Shown: positions 1-10,079, numbered from the stretch's first letter. The stretch is 64,000 nt of DNA from an uncultured Acidobacteriaceae bacterium (GCA_963841095.1 CAWJBE010000002.1:2278-66277), one strand, 5' to 3'. Numbers and translations: made by a program. The notes: generated by a model not told the origin, from the letters alone.

Positions 1-17
1 GAGACTTCGCGGAAGTC

Positions 18-668
18 TTGAAGGCTCTCACGGGACTTTACCCCAGCTCATTCTTCGATGGGGTCGGAATAACAGAAGGGCAGGAAGCAGCGACTTCTAC
101 GTGGGAGCCAAACAACCTGACCCAAAAGCAAGTCGCGCTGTTCAAGCAGGGCGAAATTAATTATGAGGAACGGCGAGTAGAGCGACTCAAGGCGCTGTGT
201 GCATGGTTCCGGAGGCCGCCAGAGAAGGCTTGTTCAATTCGATGGGTTCCCAAAGGCCCAACGGAGTTGAAAGAGGCTCTGGAGCTTCTCAAAGCGGGTC
301 GCGTGCTTCTAGACGCGGATGCTAGACCGGGATTTGAATTCTCACTTCCCCGAACGGCGTTGATGCCAGTTTTGGTGATTGAGGCGCGGTATTCTCTCCA
401 AGCCATTGCCGCTTCTATCTATGCGGACTACTGGAACGGTGTTGACTACAAGATGTGTCCTGAGTGCGGAACAGTTTTTCGCTTAGGGGCTGGAAAGCGG
501 GTTGGACGATGGCAAGCAAGGGAGCATTGCTCAGACAAATGCAAGCAGGCCGGTGTGAATCGGAACAGGCCAAAGGGAAAGGGCGAGAAATCTCCTAGGC
601 GCGCTCTTGGATTGAAGCCGGGTCATGGATCAGCGGCCGCGCGAAACGGCAGAAAGGTGTCGCAATGA
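18..668 (+). CDS. Hypothetical protein with C-terminal CGNR-like zinc finger (frame is open to the window edge, so possibly 5'-partial)
   Basis: CPECG...HCSDKC Cys cluster followed by a basic tail; no in-frame stop upstream of 18; stop overlaps the integrase start (ATGA, 665-668). Confidence 0.55.
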   Translation: MKALTGLYPSSFFDGVGITEGQEAATSTWEPNNLTQKQVALFKQGEINYEERRVERLKALCAWFRRPPEKACSIRWVPKGPTELKEALELLKAGRVLLDADARPGFEFSLPRTALMPVLVIEARYSLQAIAASIYADYWNGVDYKMCPECGTVFRLGAGKRVGRWQAREHCSDKCKQAGVNRNRPKGKGEKSPRRALGLKPGHGSAAARNGRKVSQ

Positions 669-1807
669 GTCTTTTCAAGCGCGGTGGTAGATGGTTTTAC
701 GAATTCAGTTTTCAGGGCCAGCGCATACGGGAGGCTGCACACACCAGCAGCAAGACGGCCGCAATCCAAATCGAGCGGGAGCGCCGCCGCATGTTGGAGC
801 TTTCGGCTGGCGGAGTTCGCCGGCAGAGAGCCTTGCTTTTCAATGTGGCTGCAAAGGCCTGGCTTGAAGAGAGCGCTCATTGGAGCGATTCGACGCGGGA
901 GATCTACGAGACAAAACTTGAGCATCTAAAACCCACCTTCGGAAAACTGCTCCTGAGTGACATCTCAGCATCCGACATTTCAAAGTTCCAGCGTGCCAGG
1001 CAGAAGCGCGGCGCATCCGGGCGAGAGATCAATATGGAAACCACAGTTCTGCGAATGATCCTTCGCAAGCATCGGCTTTGGTATTTGGTGGAACCGGATT
1101 ACCGGCCGCTGCGCGAACGGCAAGAGGTCGGACGCGCGCTAACCACGACAGAGTTTCAGAAGCTGCTCTCAGCGGCAAAAAGAACCCGAAGCCGCTCTCT
1201 CTATCCCGCTCTCGTGCTTCTGCTCAATACCGGAATGCGCGTGACAGAGCTGCGCATGCTGCAATGGCGGCAGGTGGACCTGCTGGAGCGCTACCTTACG
1301 GTGGGACGATCGAAGACTCCGGGCGGCGAGGGGCGCACGATTCCACTCAATCAAGACGCATTCAATGCGCTGGTGGATTGGCACGCGCAGTTCAACAATC
1401 CTTTGCCGGACCACTTCGTCTTCCCCTCGGAACGATACGGCCTTGACGGCGAAGAGGGCTACAAGAACGGTAAGGTTGCGGTGTGGAACCTTGACCCCGA
1501 CAAGCCGATTGGAAGCTGGAAGGTGGCATGGACCGCATGCCGGAGAATTGCCGGGGTCAAATGCCGCCTTCACGATCTTCGCCACACATTCGTGTCCAGG
1601 CTGGGGGAGGCAAAAGTGGCCGACGCAACGCTGACCGCCCTCTCGGGGTGGATGAGCCGGAAGATGCTGGAGCGGTACTCGCACACCCGGAACGAGGCCA
1701 AGCGCCGCGCGGTGGAGCTGCTGAGTGAGGGCAAGGACAATATTGAAGGAGACTCCCCCCAAAATCACCCCCAGTCAGAATTTCTGAAAAATGAAAATGT
1801 TCAGTAA
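665..1807 (+). CDS. Tyrosine recombinase / phage-type integrase
   Basis: Catalytic motifs TGMR (R), KT (K), HDLRH (H-x-x-R) and MLERYSH (Y); N-terminal arm-binding-like region; ends 17 nt from a tRNA 3' end. Confidence 0.95.
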   Translation: MSLFKRGGRWFYEFSFQGQRIREAAHTSSKTAAIQIERERRRMLELSAGGVRRQRALLFNVAAKAWLEESAHWSDSTREIYETKLEHLKPTFGKLLLSDISASDISKFQRARQKRGASGREINMETTVLRMILRKHRLWYLVEPDYRPLRERQEVGRALTTTEFQKLLSAAKRTRSRSLYPALVLLLNTGMRVTELRMLQWRQVDLLERYLTVGRSKTPGGEGRTIPLNQDAFNALVDWHAQFNNPLPDHFVFPSERYGLDGEEGYKNGKVAVWNLDPDKPIGSWKVAWTACRRIAGVKCRLHDLRHTFVSRLGEAKVADATLTALSGWMSRKMLERYSHTRNEAKRRAVELLSEGKDNIEGDSPQNHPQSEFLKNENVQ

Positions 1808-1823
1808 ACTACTGATTCTAAAG

Positions 1824-1900
1824 TGGTAGGCGAGGCGGGAATCGAACCCACAACCCCCGGCTTAGAAGGCCGGTGCTCTATCCGATTGAGCTACTCGCCC
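1824..1900 (-). tRNA. tRNA-Arg (anticodon TCT)
   Basis: Reverse complement GGGCGAGTAGCTCAATCGGATAGAGCACCGGCCTTCTAAGCCGGGGGTTGTGGGTTCGATTCCCGCCTCGCCTACCA folds as a cloverleaf with CCA end. Confidence 0.97.
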
Positions 1901-1907
1901 ACGTCCT

Positions 1908-2966
1908 TCATTGTAGCTTTGAGGTGGCAATATGGCGCCGCACCCCGTCCGGCTTTGTATCCTCAACGGCAGCCTGAAGGTAGCGGACGATCGTGGCCTC
2001 CGCCCAGTGCACACCATCCGTTGAGCAGTGGCAGAGAAACGCGCAGTGGCCTCCGTAGCGAGCCTCCACAAAGTCGATATGGGGATTGGCGAGGAGCCGC
2101 GCGCGCGTCTCCGGGAACAGCCGAATAAACGGATCGTCCTTCGCCACCAGAATCAGCGTCGGAACTGCGATCTGGTCAACAACGCGAGCGCTGGCGGCGC
2201 GGTAGTAGTAGTCGTCCGCATCGCTGAACCCGCAGTAACGGGCGACGATCTTCTGGTCGAACTCTCGGATCGACCGCACTGGGCCGATTCCGTCAATTTG
2301 ATAGACGCCGGGGAAGAGCTCCGCTTTACGCCGTAGCCGCCGCATCAATCCGCGCAGAAAATTCCATTCGTAAATGCGATTGGCCGGTTCATGCAGGGCA
2401 TCTGCACCCGCCGCTAAATCGATCGCCGGGCAAACCGTAGCCACCGCCACAAGCGGCGCGCGCGCTCCCCACTCGCCGGCAAGTTTCAGCACCAGGTTGC
2501 CGCCCATCGAGTAGCCAACCAGCGCCACTCGCTCCAACGCGAATCGCTCTGTAAAGTGCAGCACCACCGCGCCCACATCCGCGGAGCGGCCGGAGTGATA
2601 GAGCGTCGGTGTCAGCGCATCCGTGTCGCCGCAGTTGCGCATATTCATGCGGACAACGTTCATTCCGGCAGCCCACGCGCGCATGGCGATCCCCTTCATG
2701 TAGCGGGAATCCGACGAGCCTTCAAGGCCGTGCACCTGCACCACGGTCAACCGCGCAGCACGCACTGGTTCCCGCTGCCAATGGCAATGGCACAGGACGC
2801 GGCTACCGTCGGCGGGATCCACTTCGACGGTCTCAGCATGAGTGGGCAGATGAAACGCGGGACGGGGAAGGTAGTTGCCGGCGATGGTTTGAAGATGGCC
2901 GTTCGTAAGCCAGGGATGGGGTTCAAATGGGGTGAGCCATGCCGCAAGTTCCTTTGCTGTATGCAT
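1908..2966 (-). CDS. YheT-family alpha/beta hydrolase
   Basis: NGHLQTI, HGLEGS, GYSMGG nucleophile elbow, DDPF and GGHCAF motifs; start taken at MHTAKE (2966), alternative at 3032. Confidence 0.85.
   Translation of the reverse strand: MHTAKELAAWLTPFEPHPWLTNGHLQTIAGNYLPRPAFHLPTHAETVEVDPADGSRVLCHCHWQREPVRAARLTVVQVHGLEGSSDSRYMKGIAMRAWAAGMNVVRMNMRNCGDTDALTPTLYHSGRSADVGAVVLHFTERFALERVALVGYSMGGNLVLKLAGEWGARAPLVAVATVCPAIDLAAGADALHEPANRIYEWNFLRGLMRRLRRKAELFPGVYQIDGIGPVRSIREFDQKIVARYCGFSDADDYYYRAASARVVDQIAVPTLILVAKDDPFIRLFPETRARLLANPHIDFVEARYGGHCAFLCHCSTDGVHWAEATIVRYLQAAVEDTKPDGVRRHIATSKLQ
1910..1915 (-). promoter_or_regulatory. Putative sigma70 -10 element of tRNA-Arg
   Basis: TACAAT about 10 nt upstream of the tRNA; the same hexamer precedes tRNA-His (28883-28888), tRNA-Pro (29501-29506) and cysS (55452-55457). 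Confidence 0.55.
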
Positions 2967-3049
2967 AGTTAGGCCCGCCGGCGCCGCGCCGTTCGGCCCG
3001 TCCGGTACGGAGGTTAAGCCCTCTCGTTCCATATGCTTAGCAGGGGACA

Positions 3050-3073
3050 TTGGGGCGGCTCGTGACGATTGAA
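3050..3073 (-). repeat. Degenerate direct repeat of the tRNA-His 3' end (putative distal att site)
   Basis: ttggggcggctcgtgacgattgaa (3050-3073) versus ttggggcggctagtggggatcgaa (28793-28816): 20/24 identical, first 11 nt perfect, same orientation. Confidence 0.65.
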
Positions 3074-3193
3074 GGAGAGCCACATTTTGACGCCTCGTAA
3101 GTTACAGAATACACGTTGCTGTAGATGCCATCAACGCCTGGGTTGCTAGTGCCCATCGGCCCATGTTGGCCTACAAACCTGGGTCATCCGCTC

Positions 3194-3276
3194 TGCGGAA
3201 AACGACTCGACGTTCGAACCCGCGACGTCTTCCGTGACGGCAACGCGAAAACGCTCAACTCACTGAAACGAGGCGC
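3194..3276 (-). pseudogene. Possible degenerate tRNA-Asp remnant
   Basis: Minus strand ...ttcagtgagttgag...ccGTCacgg aagac gtcgcgggttcga...ttccgca resembles tRNA-Asp anticodon and T-arm segments; stems do not pair fully. Confidence 0.3.
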
Positions 3277-3363
3277 AACGGATGGCTCCTTAGAGTTCCC
3301 GTCGTTTGGAAAAATCTTGGCGGCTCACGTCCCCTGGTCGATTTCAATCTCAGCATCGGCCGA

Positions 3364-3495
3364 TCACAGCTCCTGATTGTTAACGCTACCGAGGGCAAGC
3401 TCTCTCGCTTCCTTCTCCAGTCTCATGACGGCCTGAACTTCATCGAAACGCCACCGGCGAAAATCGTGCGTGTACACACCGATGTCAATCGACAT
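3364..3495 (-). CDS. Possible 43-aa small protein (MSIDIGVYTHDFRRWRFDEVQAV...)
   Basis: ATG preceded by AAGGT; no family recognised. Confidence 0.25.
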   Translation of the reverse strand: MSIDIGVYTHDFRRWRFDEVQAVMRLEKEARELALGSVNNQEL

Positions 3496-3840
3496 GAACA
3501 CCTTTCTTCCCCAACAATCGCAATTCGCATTCTCCATCCGCCGAAAATTGCGTCCCATTCGCCTGTCTCAGGTTTGAAGTCCACTCCATTGCGGCACCGG
3601 GATTCCGGTCGCTCCTCGGAGAAACGCCCGCTACATATGGTCCCTATTGCTCAGACAGCCGCGATGCCCGCAGATAGATTCAAGAGTGTAAGGGTAAATA
3701 AACGATCGCCCCGATCAAGGAATGGGAATTCATTTACTGACTCAACCCCTTATGTAGGCTGCTGCTGCCGTGTTGATGTTAGCGGCGTCAAAGCATCCCA
3801 CCCTAACCAGGGAACCGCAGACACCTTAAGGGGGTCTTAC

Positions 3841-4401
3841 ATGCGTGGAATCAAAATTCTGATTGGTACAGCAGCGTTGGTGGCCGGTATGACGTTGGCG
3901 CCGGCAGCTCAAGCGCAACTTGTGATTGACATCGGCGTACAACCAAGCTGTGCATATGGCTATTACGGCTATGCGCCATACGCTTGTGCGCCCTATGGCT
4001 ATTATGGGCCGGGGTATTTCTACAACGGCGTCTTCCTGGGCATGGGCCCATGGGGCGGCTGGGGCTACAGCCACGGCTGGGGCAGCCATCGCTTTGTGAG
4101 CGAAGGCGGAGGGAGCTATCACGGCGGACCTGGGCGTGTGTCCTATCGCAGCAGCGGCCCAGCCCGCGGCGGCGGTGCGGCTCAAAGCAGGCCTGCAGTT
4201 TCTCGTTCTAACGGGGCGCGTCCCAACGCAGGTCATGCCACAGTTGCTCGCGCCAGCGCATCGCGCCCAGCCCATGCCGCGGCTCCCCGTGCCACGGCTT
4301 CGCACGCAACAGCATCGCACGCACCGGCTTCGCATTCTGCTCCAAGCGGCGGCGGATCTCGCGGCGGTGGCGGACATGAAGGCGGCGGCGACCGGCACTA
4401 A
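3841..4401 (+). CDS. Secreted Tyr/Gly/Pro-rich hypothetical protein with low-complexity Ala/Ser/His/Gly tail
   Basis: Signal peptide (..AQA), CAYGYYGYAPYACAPYGYYGP core; paralogue at 10225-10608; followed by a hairpin. Confidence 0.75.
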   Translation: MRGIKILIGTAALVAGMTLAPAAQAQLVIDIGVQPSCAYGYYGYAPYACAPYGYYGPGYFYNGVFLGMGPWGGWGYSHGWGSHRFVSEGGGSYHGGPGRVSYRSSGPARGGGAAQSRPAVSRSNGARPNAGHATVARASASRPAHAAAPRATASHATASHAPASHSAPSGGGSRGGGGHEGGGDRH

Positions 4402-4436
4402 ACTGTAGTTGCTGAATACGACAGCAGTTGCACAAC

Positions 4437-4466
4437 AAGCGGCGGAGCATACCTGCTCCGCCGCTT
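4437..4466 (+). terminator. Intrinsic terminator-like hairpin
   Basis: Perfect 13-bp stem aagcggcggagca/tgctccgccgctt with 4-nt loop between convergent genes. Confidence 0.7.
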
Positions 4467-4553
4467 TGCATTTGCTGACACGTTTCCGAGCGCGCCGTGC
4501 TCAGGTGGGCGCAAGGGCGAATTAAATCGCGGCATGTACGAGATGTGCGAATG

Positions 4554-6143
4554 CTAGAAGACCTGGCCGCTTTTCTCCCGGTGCAGAATCTCGCCAGATC
4601 TGGCGGGCTGCCTGGCTGAATCGATTGCCTGCGATAGCTTTTGCGTCATCACCTGAAAGTGATAACCCATGACCGCCAAAGTCATCGCGGCGCCGAAGCA
4701 GCGGCGATATCGCGTCGCCGCCGCGGCAAGAAACTTCCAGTAGCTCCATTGGTGCCGGCCGAAGACTCCCTGGCGAATGATTGAGTGAACCAGCGCACGC
4801 AGGTTGGCCCGCGTCATCCAGGGTTCCGACTGCCGCGGGTGTTTCGTCACCCGCACTCCAGCCGCCGGCTTCGGGTGGGCCCGGTTCAAATAGAGCTTCA
4901 CGCGCTCATAGTAGGCCTCGCAGTCGTAAATCCTTTTCATCACCTCGCGGTAGCCTTCGACCAGCCGCGCAGAGTCCATGCGCGGCATAAAGTTCAGCCG
5001 GTCGCAAAAGGTGTTGTTGCCGCCGCCCGCGTCCACAATTCTGCCTTCCCGCCGTAAGCGCCGGAAGAGCTGCGTGCCCGGCATCGCCTGCAGCAGCCCC
5101 ACCATCGCAATCGGAATCCCGCTCTTCTCGATGAACTCGACCATGCGGTCGAAGATATCTTCCTTATCGGTGTCGAATCCCAGAATGAAGCCGCCCATTA
5201 CCTCTATTCCATAGCTCTGGATCCTGGCCACGCTCTCCAGCAAGCTGCGTCGCGTATTCTGCAGCTTGTTGCTGGCAATTAGGCCCGACTCATCCGGAGT
5301 CTCAATCCCCAGGAAGACGGATTTGAAGCCCGCGTCCTTCATCAATTGCATCAATTCGGTATCGTCGGCCAGGTTCAGCGAGGCTTCTGTAATAAAGTCG
5401 AAGCCGGCTGCCATCCGCGTGCGCCACTCAACGAGCGCTCGCAGCAGTTCCTTTGCCCGCGCCTTGTTGCCGATGAAATTGTCGTCCACGATAAACACCG
5501 ACGCGTGCCAGCCCGCCACACGCAACTGCTCCAGCTCTGCTAACACCTGGGCTACATCCTTGGTGCGCGGCCGCCGCCCGTAGATCTCGATAATGTCGCA
5601 AAATTCGCAGTTGAAGGGGCAGCCGCGCGAGTATTGCACGGTCATCGTCGAGTATCGGTTCATCTTGATCAGGCTCAAATCCGGCAGCGGGCTGGTTGCC
5701 ATCTCCGGCCGTTCTGTCGCCTGGTAGACGTGCCGCGCCGTCTTCTTTTCCAGATCCCGCGCCAGATCGGCAATCAGGCTCTCCGCCTCGCCAATCACCA
5801 CGTGATCCGCCTTTAGTTCAGCCGCGGGCACGCTGCTGGTGATGGGCCCGCCCACCACAGTGCGAAGGCTGCGCGCGCGGCAACGCTTCACAATGGCCAG
5901 CAGGGACTCGCTTTGAATGTGCATCCCGCTCAACAGAACTATGTCAGCCCATGCGAGGTCGCGGTCGCGAAGCCGCTCCACGTTTGTGTCTACGAGCCGC
6001 TTCTTCCAGGTGCCAGGCAGCAGCGCCGCTACCGTCATCAGACCGAGCGGAGGCTGTGCAGCACGTTTGCCCACGAACTTGAGCGCATGCTTAAAGCTCC
6101 AATAAGTCTCTGGGAATTCGGGGTAGATCAATAAGGCGTTCAT
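4554..6143 (-). CDS. B12-binding radical SAM protein (DUF4070 / HpnP-like architecture)
   Basis: PPLGL and VVGGP cobalamin-binding region, CPFNCEFC CxxxCxxC motif; start taken at MNALLIYPEFP (6143). Confidence 0.88.
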   Translation of the reverse strand: MNALLIYPEFPETYWSFKHALKFVGKRAAQPPLGLMTVAALLPGTWKKRLVDTNVERLRDRDLAWADIVLLSGMHIQSESLLAIVKRCRARSLRTVVGGPITSSVPAAELKADHVVIGEAESLIADLARDLEKKTARHVYQATERPEMATSPLPDLSLIKMNRYSTMTVQYSRGCPFNCEFCDIIEIYGRRPRTKDVAQVLAELEQLRVAGWHASVFIVDDNFIGNKARAKELLRALVEWRTRMAAGFDFITEASLNLADDTELMQLMKDAGFKSVFLGIETPDESGLIASNKLQNTRRSLLESVARIQSYGIEVMGGFILGFDTDKEDIFDRMVEFIEKSGIPIAMVGLLQAMPGTQLFRRLRREGRIVDAGGGNNTFCDRLNFMPRMDSARLVEGYREVMKRIYDCEAYYERVKLYLNRAHPKPAAGVRVTKHPRQSEPWMTRANLRALVHSIIRQGVFGRHQWSYWKFLAAAATRYRRCFGAAMTLAVMGYHFQVMTQKLSQAIDSARQPARSGEILHREKSGQVF

Positions 6144-6617
6144 CGGACGCTTCTCCAGGAAGGAGGGCGCCGCGCACACGAATCCGCAGATGGGCTCTGC
6201 AGTTGGTTCCAGCGCATCGCAAACTAGCGCGGCTGCGCTCCGGCGCACTCCCTCGGAGATAGGATCTCCCGCCTGGCTGGCGGAAAACTGTTCAAAAGGG
6301 ATCACTTCCCGGGGAAGGATTGGATTTTCAAGATTGAGGCCTTCTTGAGTGCCAGGGCCCGTCGACACTCTCGAGGCTCAGGCTTATTCACAAAGCGCTG
6401 CGTCGTCCGGAGACCAGGTTGACAACCAGGACGATTAACGCGACCACCAACAGAATGTGGATCAGGCTACCGGCTATGTGAAGGCTGAAGCCCAGAAGCC
6501 ACAGGACCAGGAGAACAACGAAGATTGTCCAAAGCATATACACACCTTCTTTGCATCGCGGAGCGCCTGAGGCCGGAAACCCGGCTCAGACGCACCCAAC
6601 GCATTCACAATGAGCGG

Positions 6618-7310
6618 TTAATTCGAAGCAACGGCTTGCGCCTTTGCGCCTCTGACTGCATCGATAAAGCGATCTGCCGATGCTGGCGTCGCCACTTCGC
6701 CGCGCAGAACGCGGTGTGTCGAGACGTCATGCCCGTAAAAGGCATCCATGGAATCGTCGTCCCGGCGAAGATTTGCCCCCGTCAGGGTAACTCCGGCAAA
6801 CAGGCCCTTGGCCCGCGAGTAAGTGAGGACCTCGGTATTCAGCTTCCAGTCGGTATTGGCGGAAGCATGGCGCCCCACTGGTCCGGCTGCCGCAGAAGCG
6901 TCCGCTCCAAGTTGGAAGTTGCTGGAGATCATCCGCTGCATCCCTTTATCGCCCTGAAAAACCATAACCAGGTCCACGCCTTCGACGCCGATCTGCAATC
7001 CCCAGTTGCCGCCGGTAATGGCAAAGAACGCCGGCGCGCTCCATCCATCTGCAGTCCGGCATGTGGCTACGCCCCTGCCGTTCTCCGCACCAAACACCAA
7101 ACCGCCCTTGATCATGTGCGGCACTACGGCAATGCACCTCGCGTGCTCCAGCACCTCTTGCGGGATACCCCTATCCGGCGCGGCCATGATCTGGTGTAGC
7201 ACCAGCGTTGCGTTGTCGAGCCGGTTCTGCACATCTTCGCGAGTCTCCGCGCAGGCAGTGCTTGCTACTCCTAAACCAATCAATGCCACTAACGTCATAA
7301 ACCTTTTCAT
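6618..7310 (-). CDS. Lipid-binding SYLF/YSC84 domain protein
   Basis: Signal peptide; GG.GV...WSAPAF, G.QIG, YSRAKGLFAG motifs. Confidence 0.9.
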   Translation of the reverse strand: MKRFMTLVALIGLGVASTACAETREDVQNRLDNATLVLHQIMAAPDRGIPQEVLEHARCIAVVPHMIKGGLVFGAENGRGVATCRTADGWSAPAFFAITGGNWGLQIGVEGVDLVMVFQGDKGMQRMISSNFQLGADASAAAGPVGRHASANTDWKLNTEVLTYSRAKGLFAGVTLTGANLRRDDDSMDAFYGHDVSTHRVLRGEVATPASADRFIDAVRGAKAQAVASN

Positions 7311-7633
7311 TTATTTCACCCTTTTTCTACCCATGCGCAGCGTCACTTGCTTCCGCGCACTGAGGCGCACAAGGTATCCTCACTTTAGAGACATTGACCT
7401 GCAGTGTCTGAGCAATAGGGCTCTCTCGATAGAGGCGGCCGATCAATCGATGCCGCGCGAGACGCCCTTGACGCGGACTGCACAATTTCGCAAGGTCGCG
7501 GCGCTCCGGCGAACTCTCCCCAACTCCCTTTTGCGCCAGCCATCGCAGAAAGTTCCTTTGCCCAAAGCTGGAGCTCGTCTTGAGTTCTGCCTGCAAGGTG
7601 CTTTAGTATCAGTGCATCTGGAAAGAGGGCTGA

Positions 7634-8293
7634 ATGGCGGTTGCGCGTGCAATGCCAGCGTTTGACACGGCTGCTTTCCTAGCGAGCGCCGGCTTGGGGC
7701 GAAGAATCGTCCGATTGACGCCCAAGCAGACCTTCTTTACGCAGGGAGAACCGGCCGATTCAGTCTTCTATCTTCAAAAGGGCCGCGCAAAGATTACGGT
7801 CGTGTCGCAGGCCGGCAAAGAAGCCACAATCACGCTCCTCTCCGCGGGTGAATTTGTGGGAGAAGGGTCGCTGGCAGCGATTCCTGGGCTGCGACTTTCG
7901 ACGGCCACGGCTCTTACCGGCTGCATCGCGCTCAAGATTACGCGGGAAGAGATGATACGCATAATGCACGAGGAGCCTGATTTCTCTGACTTGTTTATGA
8001 AGTTTCTGCTGGCTCGCAGCATGCGCATCCAGGCCGATCTTGTCGATCAGCTCTTCAACTCCAGCGAAAAACGGCTTGCGCGGATTCTCCTTCTGATGGC
8101 GGAGTTTGGCCAGCCAGGCAGCCCGGAAACGGCGATTCCCAAAATATCCCAGGAGACCCTGGCGGAGATGGTCGGCACTACCCGCTCCCGGGTAAGCTTC
8201 TTTATGAACCGCTTTCGTAAACTCGGCTTTATTGAATACGACGGCCGCATCCGCGTTCATAAGTCGCTGCTCAATGTGGTTCTTCACGATTGA
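7634..8293 (+). CDS. Crp/Fnr-family transcriptional regulator
   Basis: cNMP-binding-like domain (GEFVGE) and C-terminal HTH SQETLAEMVGTTRSRVSFFM. Confidence 0.93.
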   Translation: MAVARAMPAFDTAAFLASAGLGRRIVRLTPKQTFFTQGEPADSVFYLQKGRAKITVVSQAGKEATITLLSAGEFVGEGSLAAIPGLRLSTATALTGCIALKITREEMIRIMHEEPDFSDLFMKFLLARSMRIQADLVDQLFNSSEKRLARILLLMAEFGQPGSPETAIPKISQETLAEMVGTTRSRVSFFMNRFRKLGFIEYDGRIRVHKSLLNVVLHD

Positions 8294-8586
8294 GCCCTGC
8301 GTAAGTGCCTTCTCCTCAGCTCAACAATTGGTTATGTCGGCCAGTCATTCCACCGGGGACTCCGCGCCCGAGGAGTTCGGCGTGAACCCGTCGGAAAACT
8401 CTCCATTAGAAATCTCTGAGTCGTGTTCAAATCTGCTCATTATCACGGCCAATACATAGGCATACTCACTTTAGACCCTGCAGCAACGATGCAGGTTGGA
8501 GGTGAGGTACGCCTGAAGCCAAAGCAAGCCTTGCCGATGCTAAAAGCAGCGCTGATTCAACCCAAGAGTAAATTGGGGAGGGCGCA

Positions 8587-8694
8587 ATGACGATACTGCA
8601 AATGGTACTGATCCTGTGCATTTTTTACTGGGCCTTGCGTATTCCGCGAGAGCCGGTTCGTGAACGCGAACGCACGCACCGGTCACGGCGATAG
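8587..8694 (+). CDS. Putative 35-aa membrane peptide (MTILQMVLILCIFYWALRIPREPVRERERTHRSRR)
   Basis: GGGGAGG RBS upstream, single hydrophobic helix followed by Arg-rich tail; below the ORF-track length cutoff. Confidence 0.4.
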   Translation: MTILQMVLILCIFYWALRIPREPVRERERTHRSRR

Positions 8695-8798
8695 AGCTGG
8701 CTCCTGAGCAAAATCAGTCAGGATGTGTACGCCGCGCCATGCCCATTCTGCCGAGACCGGTGTGCTTTCGGCCGCGGCGCACGGCAGCAGTGTGATTC

Positions 8799-10079
8799 TT
8801 GCTTATGATGCGTATATTACGTCTACCTTTTGCGCGCGCGGCGTCTGTACTTGCGGTCATGCTGGCGTCCAGCGGAGCTCTATTTGCTTATTCCGTTCTT
8901 ACGCATGAAGAAATTGTCGACTTGGCATGGACGTCCGAGATTCGCCCGCTCCTGTTGCAACGATTTCCAAATCTGACCGACGATCAGATCAAGGACGCCC
9001 ACGCTTACGCCTATGGCGGCTCGGTGATTCAGGACTTGGGCTACTATCCCTTCGGCAGCAAAGACTTCAGCGACCTGGTTCATTACGTTCGCAGTGGGGA
9101 TTTTGTTATCGAGTTGCTTCGCCAAAGCCAGAATGCCAACGAGTATGCCTTCGCCTTGGGAGCGTTATCGCACTATACGGCGGACATTGACGGTCACCCC
9201 GCAGTCAATCAAGCTGTCGCGCTCCGCTATCCAAAGCTGCGAGCCAAATATGGCAATTCGGTTCGCTATGCGCAGGACACCACGGCTCATCTGAAGACCG
9301 AGTTCGGATTCGACACGCTGCAGGTTGCGAAGAATCGATATGCGTCGGACCAGTACCACGATTTCATCGGCTTCAAAGTCGCGCAACCGCTGCTGGAGCG
9401 GACCTTTCCAATCGTATACGGACTGCAACTAAAAGACGTACTCGCGCACGAGGACCTGGCGATCGGATCGTATCGCTTTTCAGTCAGCCGGCTGATTCCG
9501 CAAATGACCAAGGTCGCGCTCCAGACGCACAAGAAGGACCTGATGCGAGAGACGCCCGACTTCGCAAAGCGGAAGTTTCTGTATCGGCTATCGCGCTCCG
9601 ACTACGAGCGGGAGTGGGGAAAGACCTATACGAAGCCGGACTTCGGCACGCGGGTACTATCCGCACTGTTGTGGTTCATTCCCAAGGTCGGCCCTTTCAA
9701 AGGTTTGGGGTTCAATAACCCAACACCGAAGACGGAAGACTTATATATCAAGAGCATCAATGCTACCGTCGACCAGTACCGCGTCTATCTTGAGGAGGTG
9801 CGTGCAGGCACATTGGCCCTGCCCAACTGCGACCTTGATGACGGCAAAGCAACCAAAGCAGCGGAATACACGCTCGCGGACGCGACTTACGCCGGCTTGC
9901 TGGCCAAATTGAAGGCGCAGAAGTTCGATGGCACTTCGCCGCAACTGCGCGATAACATTCTCGATTTCTATTCCGACCTCTCCCTGCCAATCGAGACCAG
10001 GAAAGACCCGGCTCGCTGGCAAAGTGTCTTGACGGATCTTGACGAATTGAAAGCGACGGCCTCTTTGCCGGCTAAGTGA
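8799..10079 (+). CDS. Zinc-dependent phospholipase C family protein
   Basis: Signal peptide then YSVLTHEEIVD; QDLGYYP, HY, SHYTADIDGH and HLKTEFGFD motifs. Confidence 0.8.
   Translation: MLMMRILRLPFARAASVLAVMLASSGALFAYSVLTHEEIVDLAWTSEIRPLLLQRFPNLTDDQIKDAHAYAYGGSVIQDLGYYPFGSKDFSDLVHYVRSGDFVIELLRQSQNANEYAFALGALSHYTADIDGHPAVNQAVALRYPKLRAKYGNSVRYAQDTTAHLKTEFGFDTLQVAKNRYASDQYHDFIGFKVAQPLLERTFPIVYGLQLKDVLAHEDLAIGSYRFSVSRLIPQMTKVALQTHKKDLMRETPDFAKRKFLYRLSRSDYEREWGKTYTKPDFGTRVLSALLWFIPKVGPFKGLGFNNPTPKTEDLYIKSINATVDQYRVYLEEVRAGTLALPNCDLDDGKATKAAEYTLADATYAGLLAKLKAQKFDGTSPQLRDNILDFYSDLSLPIETRKDPARWQSVLTDLDELKATASLPAK

Noticed and set aside
1-1823. Intact prophage
   Set aside because: No structural, packaging or lysis genes are visible in the window; only an integrase end is present.
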